The notes under the pieces: model-generated
Told to the model about the DNA's origin: nothing
What the model saw: only the letters and a program-made list of their open reading frames with translations
The model's database searches: none
Position numbers and translations under genes: made by a program
NCBI GenBank assembly: GCA_049999805.1
Contig: JBNGIO010006013.1
Coordinates: forward strand, 160,625 to 180,624
Reading direction: 5' to 3'
DNA length: 20,000 nucleotides
Source of the DNA: Folioceros fuciformis
Lineage: Eukaryota
Shown here: piece after piece, positions 11,151 to 20,000 of the stretch
Layout of the letters: each line of letters opens with the position of its first letter
Numbering within the stretch: the stretch's first letter is position 1

Positions 11151-13593
11151 TCAGCCTGTAGGCTTGAAAAATCGAACATGAATCCCGCTCTGGACGATGC
11201 TCCAGATGCCTCCAGCGCTGACAGCGATGCTTATGGCCATTCCAGCAATCCCTAAACCCCAATTCAGATACCAATGGAAGCTCCTCTGCTTGGGTTTGGC
11301 GATGGCCAGCCACATGAAGCATGGCAGTACGAAGGTGGCCGGAATGATGTTCAAACCGCCGATGAGGCCACCGAAGCTGGCTACGAAGGGGAATGCAATG
11401 GCGAAGAAGAAGAGGAAAAATACGTAAAAGGATCGGAGGCTGAACCGCTCCAGCGCGCTCACCTTGCGCCCGGTTTTGATGGTGTAAAGCTTCTCCATCA
11501 TGTCGAAGACTTGGATGGAGTAGAGCTGGAAGGAACTCAACGAGTGGAGCACCACCAGCAGAAAGGTGAGGCCCAGCAGCATCTCGAAGGATCCGTGATG
11601 CCTTAAGGCTTCCTTCTTGCTGCTCGATAGTGCAGTCAGGATGTCGCCGCTCTTGCTTATCTGACAGGTACCGGGAGATTGAGGTTTGCATGCTGCAAGG
11701 GTTGAGCGACAGTCGATGGAAGGGAGGTGAGGGGGGTTACCTTGTGTCCGAAGGCCCAGTAGCCGCAGATGGAGACTGGGAAGTAGCACAGAGCTATGAT
11801 GGCAGAGGCTGCTTTTGTCCCTCGCCACATAGGTGTGCGAGCTGGTTTGATGTCGGTTGACGGCATGGTAGCCTTCATGAGAAGCACAAAACAGATGCTT
11901 GAGACGGAGATGCGCGACGGAGCCATCTTGGAGGTGGGAAGTGGATGCAAGCATTACCTGGATCTCGAGTGTCAGATTGTGGCCTTGGAATGCGAACGCT
12001 ACTATCCCCAAGGCATTCAAGGTGGAGAAGATGACTGATGCTGCAGTAGGTTCTCCTATCCTGGCAATTTCGTAAGAAACGTGCTGTGCTCTTCTGCTGA
12101 CCGAAATTATCCAGACCAAGGTGCAGTAGGATACGGCCATGATTGCTCCAACCAGAGACACCCCGGCGATGGAGTTAAGACTGGGAAGGTGCACCAGCAC
12201 GGCACACGACAGGGCGAAGACCAAGAACCATTCGATGGTGGAGAGGGGAAGTTTGCATTCATGGCAGAGTGCCACGATGAAGAGCTTCAACGCTGTGCCC
12301 CCTATCACTACCAGACCCAGGCCAGCCCCGGCTGCAAGATTCAACACCACGGGCAGTGCTATGTGAAATCCTGTTCTTTCCCCTACAAAAAGAAATGAAT
12401 CCCGCAACCGTTAGCACCGATTGAATTTTTCCTGGCACGTTAAACGGCAACCGGTTTGGCGGGAAGCTTCTACCGAAAGCTAGTTGAGCAAGCTCGACGT
12501 AGCGGCTAACACGCTTGTCCGGCACGATTTCGTGCATGGTTATCAGCAGCCAGTTTGTGTAGAGTTGCCAAACGAATGCAACAAGCAAGGAGATTATGCC
12601 CCAGGACCTGATGGGACAATCAAGCACAGCCTTGAGATGGACAGAGTCATCAGGGTGCGCTTCACAATTCGTAGGCTTAGCCAGTTTGCAGGAAAGCATA
12701 GATATATAATGTATATGGAAGTGTGCTTACCAGCCAAGATATGCAAAAGCTGCAGGAAGGAAGAGAGCATGGAATCCCAGGCAGGCGTTGAGGCTGTGGA
12801 AAGCGGAGTAGTAAGCATTGCCAGCGCGAGAGGCTGTGACAGGCAGCCAATTGTCCCGTTGTCCCAACGTTGTGAGATGCCCGAGCTCCTCCAGATACTC
12901 CCGCATGCTGACCAAAACCTTGCGTACTGGTGTTCCGAGTGGAGACGGGCGTGGAGACGACAGCGGTGCAAGAGGGGATCGCAGCAGCTGTGAAATTGCG
13001 GCTTCCAGCTTCGATGACGATTTGGAGGGAGTGACCCCGGTGCTGCTGGGTATTGCCATGGATTTCCCACTCTGGCCGGTTGATTCTGCTGTCGTGTCAT
13101 CGCCATCGGTGCTCACAGAGGAACCTCTGACGTGGGATTTGTTCTTGGGGTCGAGGGAAGGAGAGGAAGAGCATGATTTGGGGCCGGTGATGAGAAGCTG
13201 GTTAGGAGACTGATTGTACTGAGAGGCGCTTGAGGACAATACCGGCGGTGGTCTAAATCCAGGCTCTCGTAGCGGAGGCAAAGGACTGAAAATTGTGCTG
13301 GATTGGCTGGGCTTGGGTCGCGGAGCCGAGCTGATTTCTGTGGCACTGTCGTATGGGAGCTGGGACAAGCTTCTCAAGCTCGTTCTTGAGGGTGACGAGA
13401 CCGGATCATTGAGCCAGTTCAGTCGCCTTTGAGGGCTGAGGTTGGCCTTGAGATTAGCTGTTGGTGTTGCTGCTCCCAGGGCCGTGTTGGTCGGAGTACC
13501 TGGATTTGATGGACCTAAAGTTTCTTGCATGTCTCCGTACTCGCTTGCGGGGCTTTGATCTCCTAAAACAGTGGAGTTGGTAGCATGATCCAT
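11151..13593 (-). CDS. AATL1: Lysine-histidine transporter-like amino acid permease (AATL1/LHT-like 8 type), 5 exons, ~687 aa with a long S/P-rich N-terminus
   Basis: Exons, GT-AG and frame-consistent: 13593-12731, 12607-12474, 12382-11958, 11872-11741, 11660-11151. Motifs: SPLGTPVRKVLVSMREYLEELGHLT, WLPVTASRAGNAYYSAFH, WQLYT, RYVELAQLAFGER, LPSLNSIAGVSLVGA, GHNLTLEIQATMPST. The first in-frame ATG is at 13593. The track start at 13662 is TTG, and an upstream coding exon is not excluded. Confidence 0.9.
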
Positions 13594-14651
13594 AAGGGGT
13601 GAGCTGGTCACTGTCTCTTCCTGTAATCCTTTGCCAATTGGATCATCGGGCTTCTTCTCCAATACTGGAGTCCTGCTTTGATCTGCTTTACTTCAGGGCA
13701 CTCTGCCGGAATGAAATGCACTTGCACTACACACCTGCCAGCTTTTCTCAGAAAAACAATCACAACAGGGGTCTATCAGGTATGAGGGCATTTACCGAGC
13801 TTTGTCACAGACTGGTCACTGGCAGAATAGTAGTACTTCCAAAACTGCCTCTGAGGAATCTTTGCTGGACCTCCGCCCATCTTTGATACCGTCCTCCCAT
13901 CAAATTCTGGACAACCTTTCTGCCCAATTTGTCTGCACTGGACTGCTGTTTCCTAGGAAGCTGTTCTACCGCCCTAGCTTGGTGATACAACAACTATTGT
14001 GATCCACCCTGTGGAAGGTGAGCAGTGACTTTAGTCTGAGCTTCCCTTCGCGTGGGCCACAAAGCCTGCAGCGTCCTCTTTGACCTGCCGTAGGAGTGAC
14101 ACGGTGAAGTTTTTGGTAGTGTCCAACAAATATGCAATCAATGATGGGTCTGATACGGCTCCTAAGCGATTATGGCTTCCTCAACGAATGGTGAACTCGT
14201 GAACGCGATCCCTCCGTGTTGGGAAACCGTTCTGTACCAGGTTCTACTCTGCAGACGAGGTAGTGGTACTGATCGTTGTTTCTTAGTCTCCCTGTTTTGT
14301 GAGGAAGCATCGGTGGCTCGCTTAGTTCATGAGGATCGCCTGCTACTTCATAATGCGTGATGTTTCTATGAGAAACAGGGACCATGTGAGACAAGCATCA
14401 ACAGAATTTACTCGTAGGGTGCGCATGGATTGCCTGTGAATGAATTTGATCTGGCGAATATTCGTACATTTGGTTGGAATTTCTGTTGCCAGCGAGGGAC
14501 AGCTCAGCACAATTCGAAGCTTCTTTCTGAACTGCCTTGGGATTGGGAACCTTCGTGGGCGACAGCAGAGAGGAGACAGATGACTTTGTCGTGATTTTTG
14601 AATTTTGGTACAAGCGCTTGTCGGATGCCTTCGATAGACTCTGACCGGATG

Positions 14652-16751
14652 CTAACACTGATAGCACTTCTCAAAGAGGCCAAATGTCTTCACCTGATTC
14701 ACGATGTTGTATATGCTAGCCCAGGATCCAAATCCGGTGCCGAAAATCAGAAGCAGCCCAATCACAAAGATGTTGAAGGCAACCTGAACGCTCCACGAGG
14801 GCCACCACTTTGGGTGTTTCTCTGCCGCGTTCTGCGCAACAGTAGGAAGGGAGTTCCGTGAGCGACTAACCAGAACGATAATCAGTAGGAACGCAAACGG
14901 ATGGCGCGCACCTGACGAGCAGTGGGGCTCCAGAAAGTGATGAGGTATGCAACGCACGGGATGATGTATGTGGAAAAGCTGAGGATTGCTGCGCCAATCA
15001 GGGAGTTGAAAGGCCCGAAGAAGGGGAATGCCAGAGCTATCAACCAGATGACCAGGACTATTGGTACCCTGGCCACCACTCGCAACGGAAAATACGACTG
15101 GTGAATTCCCAGCAGCTTCTCCCACATGAAAAAGAGGGGCATAATGTAGATGCCGAAAGCCACTGCCTGTTTTGTAGAGAAACAGGCGGAACACAGCGAT
15201 CAGACAAGCTTGCATGGGGTGATGAAATAACGTGAAGTGATGGAATAAGAAAGGTGATTACCTGGTGAAAGATCATCATCACAATCCCAGCACTTCTGAA
15301 ATTGGAAGAAGGGAGAACGGAGAAAGCGTTGGAATGCTTGATGAGGTTGTCACCGAATGCCCAGTAGACCGATATTGAGTGTGGCATGGTGATGGTCAGT
15401 ACGTAAAGAACAGTGAAGAGATAGACGTATTTGTATTTCCTAGGCTTCCACATAGCATGCATGATCTCCCTGCAACCGAAAGGAGCAGTTGTTAAGAGTG
15501 ACGCTGGCCTGATGACCAAGGAGAGCGTGTGTGAGCACTAACTCGAATTCGTGTCAGAGCTTACACTGTGACCGCATGGCCACCGAAGGCAAAAATGATG
15601 TTGGAGCTGCCTGTGAAGAAGAGGTGCAGGTTCTGCGGGGCCGAGTGCTTCACTCCGGGAGCCTGCGAATGCGGTGGAGCGATTGCTCTTTCAGACGTGC
15701 CGTGATCAGGAGACGCATTCGTCATGGAACATATGATGCGGAACTCTCACCTGCCCTGCTCTCAGGGAAGCAATGGTCATATACCAGGCTGTGTAAGTGG
15801 TGGTCATCACACCGATCACAGCCCAGATTCGGAAGTTGTGGATTGTGGGGATGAAAACGGTGAAGAGTCCCATGGCTCCGAAAATGAGAGCCCATTGCCG
15901 CTTGTTCAGGTGAGGATTCAGGTAGTACACATCACTGAACACACCGACCAACACACTCTCAGACTCCTGGTTATAACTAAAATTATGGTTTGGAGTTGAT
16001 GAACTTGAAAACGGACATCTTGTACCTTGCACAGGCAATGATCTGAACTATAGAGATGGACCCCATGGAACATATGTTAAAGAAGAGGGCAGCCCTCTTT
16101 CCCCACGGTCCTATCAGGTACCCCATCACCTCATGATACTGGCCGGGGGCACATGACAGGAACAATCGGCTACAGTTCAGTGCAGAACTGTTTGCACAAA
16201 CAGCGGGATCAGCAGATAATGAAATAGAGCCAATTTTCTAAATCACCTGGATGACATGACGTCTGAAGACGTCACCTCCTTTCTCTCGGCGGGCTCGGTA
16301 TTCAACATACAGAGAAGCCAGCAAGTAGCAGGTCCAGGTGCCCAAGCTTGCGTACAGGAGGTGAATGAAAATGCCCAACCCAAAGCCCATCTGGGAGTAG
16401 GATGTTGGCATAGTAAGGATGACCTGCCCGACCTGCGTCACGCATTCCACCAGATCCCAGGCAAACACAAGAACGATCAGACAAACATCAAATGACTTAC
16501 TCCCAACAGTAATGGTCCAACGCTCGTGAGGCGATTGGAATCTTCACCTGAGCAGATACTGCATTCAACCAGGCGTCGTACACAGACCCTCCGTGCCAGA
16601 TGAACTTGTTGAACAAGGCTGTTGCGGGCCCATACTTGACCGCAACGTGCTCATAACCAACATTCTGGTCCTCCACATCCACACTGGACGGCAACTCCTC
16701 CACCAGCGCAGCATTCTGCACACTCTCAGCGTGTTCCTCCGCAGCACCCAT
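14652..16751 (-). CDS. LAX: AUX1/LAX-like auxin influx carrier / amino acid permease (copy B, divergent), 8 exons, 475 aa
   Basis: Exons, GT-AG and frame-consistent: 16751-16548, 16432-16247, 16138-16026, 15934-15751, 15662-15565, 15469-15262, 15166-14912, 14831-14652. Motifs: FIWHGGSVYDAW, LYVEYRARREK, TTYTAWY, FGGHAVTVEIMHAMWKP, FPFFGP, NAAEKHP, VKTFGLFEKCYQC. Confidence 0.93.
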
Positions 16752-18656
16752 GCTGGGCAGTGGGCACGTTCAGGACCTCACCTCCAAAAGATTTCTCAAC
16801 ATACAGCTGCAACCCAGCTCCACAATATAGCTCCCTTCATGCTGGCAGGAAAGTGAGCGGCAAGTCTTTTGCTCCAGCTGCTTGGGAACTGCACAGCGAG
16901 TGCCTTCCACACGCTGGGCACTCGCGGATACCCAGCTACAAGCCAAAAGCGATCCGAGTGCCCGACCTTATACGGAAAGCTTACCTCACACTTTTAAATC
17001 ATCACTGTCAAGTCATGTCACCGGTGACAGTGCCCAGATTTGTGTGTACATCGAACGCCACGGGGCTGAGGCATTTGACAGGCTCTGGAGGAATCCACCT
17101 CGAGTGGTAAGGCTAACCGACAGAACTTCCAGGCGCTAGCTGCATGTAGAGCTGTTGCTTCCAACAACCGCCGGCTACCTGGAATTGAATCAATCAAGCT
17201 AATACCGCCTGCAGCGAGCTCGAATCTGCTGATTCTGTTCGAAGGTGTTATCCAGACCGGTCTCTTCCTCGATCACTGAAAACCCCAGTCCCCATGGTCG
17301 GTCAGTACCTACCCGCTGGCCAAGGGTCAAGTGACTACAAAGACAGCCAGAACTTTGGGAGATCCGTAGCCGCCACTACTTGTACCTAAAGTTTGGTTGA
17401 AGCCATCAGCAATTCTGAAAATTTCATCACCTGATGGGGAGTGCGTGTATCGCACGTTCCATTCATACTGACACAGGCCTGCCGAAAACGAGGCAAATAC
17501 CTTTTTTTCTCGTTTCTGCTGGCCGTAGGGGAAGATTGAGTGGTCGGCATCTTGTCTGCCTTGGGAGGGCGAAGCAAGTGGGCTGGACTGTGCTGTCACT
17601 GACTCTGGTTTAGGGTTGAGGGTTAAACCCTCTTAATTTCCGAAGCTACGTACCATTAAACGAGTTGGCTCCACGGGCTTGGGAAATCCATAGACAAGTC
17701 GGTGCAGTCCTTGTTACACAATCCTAGAGGGAAGCTGGTAGAGGGAACTTGAAACGGGACCATATGGTTTCATATAAAAGCACATCTAAAACCTTAAAAT
17801 TATTTAATATAATAAAAAATTGTTGGATTTTCACTCTGACTTGTCAAGAGAATCTCTTTCCTCCTGAGATATAGTTGAAAACAAGATTGGTCTCTAGTTT
17901 TTTTTGTTGTCTTGAGACTCTTTTTATTTTTTTTTCATTGAGTTTCTAGTAGCTTTATTTTTATATTAGGTTTCCATTGCCTTGCAATAGTGCAGCAAAG
18001 TAAAGGCAACAATATGAGTGCCAACAAGCTTTCTTATATTGTACCACAAACACTGGGTAACTAGGAATTATCAAGTATGTTACCTTCCGTTTGGATGGAT
18101 AAAATTTCTCATCTATATATTATGGATGTGGTGACATTTAGAAGCATAAGACGCTGTTTCTTCCATGTCCTACAACACCAAATGAGCACACCAAATTTTT
18201 TCTTTGGTTTCAAGCATGCCTAATGAAGAATAGCCAAACTATGTGCTCTCATAGGTAGGCTTGAGAATATAGCATGGTGCGGTGGGCAACATCTTCGCAG
18301 CCTTTTGTATGAACTTTATCTTTTTGTGGTGGAATGTATGTGGGGGAGACAACAAGGACAAAAGTAAAGTAGCACCAAGTTTTACATCCGTTTAAAGAAA
18401 ATTGATGTGGACTGCAAATAGAAGAGCATGATAATGTAATAGTGATTTTGTGGGAAAGAAAAAGAAAGGATCATTCAATTTATGGTAATTTTTTATATTT
18501 TTTAATTTTAACATCTCTTCATATTCTTTGAGAATAGTGTAAATATATTCAAGGGTGCGTACAATTTTGCATTATTGTAACATTAGAAGTGTCGCGCATT
18601 GCGTGCTTATTTGCAATAGTAATGCTAAGGAATAATATTCCTCAGCACACAAAAAT

Positions 18657-18746
18657 TTATTATATATTTGTAGATAAATGACTCATTTTTCTCTTTGTTG
18701 GTTATTATATATTTGTAGACAAACGACTCATTTTTCTGTTTGTTGG
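18657..18746 (+). repeat. 45-bp tandem duplication (2 copies) in AT-rich intergenic DNA
   Basis: TTATTATATATTTGTAGA[T/C]AAA[T/C]GACTCATTTTTCT[C/G]TTTGTTGG at 18657-18701 and 18702-18746, with 3 mismatches. Confidence 0.9.
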
Positions 18747-19169
18747 TGTAATTTAAAGAACGTCAAGTTTTCTAAGTATACTATTGTAATAAAGAACAAC
18801 ATTGACTATATCACCACAAACATGAGTTGAATGGCTTGTAGGCATGTACTTGCACACATGCACCATCTGGATCCTAGAAACACTCCGGTGTGCAATATGG
18901 GCTGTGGCCTCATGTGGTAGTGCAAGCATCAATTATGGTTCCCATTTTAAGAAGGCAAGAGTATCAAAACTAACAAACACTGTAGAATATATATAATACA
19001 GTTATGTGTAAATAATATACATTATTTTGTGCAACACATTGTGGAATGCGGGTTTTTGGCAAGTACCTGCAATAGGTAGGGAGCGGCTAATAACATTTTC
19101 AGTTTTGATTAGTCTTGGTTTGGTAGGTTAGATGAGTGGCGATAATAAGGATTAGTATTATAAAGAAGT

Positions 19170-20000
19170 TACCTTCTTTGGGATGGCTACCTATAGGGAG
19201 GTATGCCCATGTAGGGAGGATATCTTTGTCGGAGGTAGTACCCAAATAAGAAATATAGTTGTGAAAGGCAAGCTACCTACAGAAAAGGGGACACCTGTGT
19301 AGGATATCTATTAAAGGCAGTTACTACATATAGGAGTATACTTACAACAAGAGGGTATTTAAAGGGGTCCCTACCTAAGGTGTCCCATCAACGGAGGGTG
19401 CTCACCTCCACGTAGGGAACTACATCTACCTACATAGCGGGGAATAAGGAAGTAGTTGTGCGACAAGACACCTACGCCGAGGACCTATGTGTTGTGACCA
19501 AGCGGACTCAAAGAGAGAGAAAGGGCTTTGCTGTGGTGAGAGCCATAGGGAGAAACGTGCAAGGGACGTGAAATCAGCTGCACAGAAGCTGGGAGCAGTT
19601 GCCAACGGAGGTAGGGGTATAATCTTGCGTAAAGGAGGGCAACCGACATTCTTGGGGTTTTCTTCTATCAACTATGGCGCGGACCTCCAACAATACTCAG
19701 GTGGGTTTCGGTAGTAGGGGACGACCCACGAGGGTAGCCAGCTCTCCCCAAACCAATGTTCCGTCCTTTTCTTGCTTTGGGGTCCAACTGAACTCAAGGG
19801 ATTTGATAGACCTACGGACTTGGGCATGTGACGCAAACATCCAGCTTAACTGGATATATGGCAGACACTGGTTGTATGTTCATGAAGGCTTGGTGAAGGA
19901 GTGCTATACCAACCTACAGCAATCGAAGGAGGAGTTGGAAGCCCTACCTGAACGAAACGCGAGGACTAACCCTCGGTGTTGGACTGTCCGGAGCATCCGA
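19170..20000 (+). mobile_element. Probable LTR-retrotransposon-derived sequence: degenerate CTACCTAC/GTAGG repeats followed by an accessory-type ORF
   Basis: Recurrent CTACCTA(C) and TAGGG/TAGGA words at 19170-19490, a TATTTAAAGGGG TATA-like box, and an ORF from ATG 19674 open to the window end. Boundaries are approximate and no gag/pol is visible. Confidence 0.45.
19674..20000 (+). CDS. Partial ORF (at least 109 aa, runs off the window), resembling plant retrotransposon accessory proteins
   Basis: MARTSNNTQVGFGSRGRPTR...WLYVHEGLVKECYTNLQQSKEELEALPERNARTNPRCWTVRSIR has no stop up to 20000, so it is absent from the ORF track. LVKECYTNL resembles the LVREFYAN-type motif of plant retrotransposon extra ORFs. 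Confidence 0.4.
   Translation, partial: MARTSNNTQVGFGSRGRPTRVASSPQTNVPSFSCFGVQLNSRDLIDLRTWACDANIQLNWIYGRHWLYVHEGLVKECYTNLQQSKEELEALPERNARTNPRCWTVRSIR

Noticed and set aside
16752-17300. AuxRE-like hexamer (TGTCGG on the minus strand near 17117) upstream of LAX copy B
   Set aside because: An isolated 6-mer is expected by chance and there is no paired arrangement.
17327-17599. Minus-strand ORFs with an intron-like AAG|GTATTT...CCCCATCAG and a TDLPKFWLSL peptide faintly like hAT C-termini
   Set aside because: Too short, interrupted by stops, and no confident family match.
17607-17632. Telomere-like GGTTTAGGGTTGAGGGTT with a small dyad; similar words at 4357-4369 and ~10287-10299
   Set aside because: Only 1-2 units each. 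Such words are common in plant promoters and TEs and do not form an interstitial telomere array.
19227-19692. Possible solo LTR bounded by TGTCGGAGGT...ACCTCCAACA (TG..CA, 9/10 inverted match)
   Set aside because: The flanks ATCTT and ATACT are not an exact TSD, there is no convincing PBS or PPT, and the right end overlaps the start of the 19674 ORF.

Overview
Eukaryotic, plant-type genomic DNA with short GT-AG introns and dense genes, probably from a non-seed land plant (inference). A GC-richer island (~940-17780) holds five protein-coding genes. Two are intronless on the + strand: an RRP1/Nop52-like ribosome biogenesis gene and an ATL-type RING-H2 E3 ligase. Three are co-oriented multi-exon AAAP-family transporter genes on the - strand: two divergent AUX1/LAX-like genes flanking an LHT-like (AATL1-type) gene. 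Between RRP1 and the ATL gene is a cleanly delimited 1099-bp non-autonomous Mutator-like element (~165-bp TIRs, exact 9-bp TSD GGCATTTAG) with an unidentified interior, making it a Pack-MULE candidate. The island is flanked by transposon debris: a decayed CRE-like non-LTR reverse transcriptase on the left, and AT-rich repeats plus a retrotransposon-accessory-like ORF running off the right edge. The most interesting signals are the two intact AUX1/LAX paralogues with shared substitutions in otherwise highly conserved substrate-site helices, their clustering with a similarly altered LHT-like gene, the MULE, and a small TGACG-rich repeat module at ~10540-10670. No prokaryotic system, CRISPR array, tRNA or rRNA was seen. 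Comparisons with Arabidopsis proteins are from recalled sequences, not database searches.
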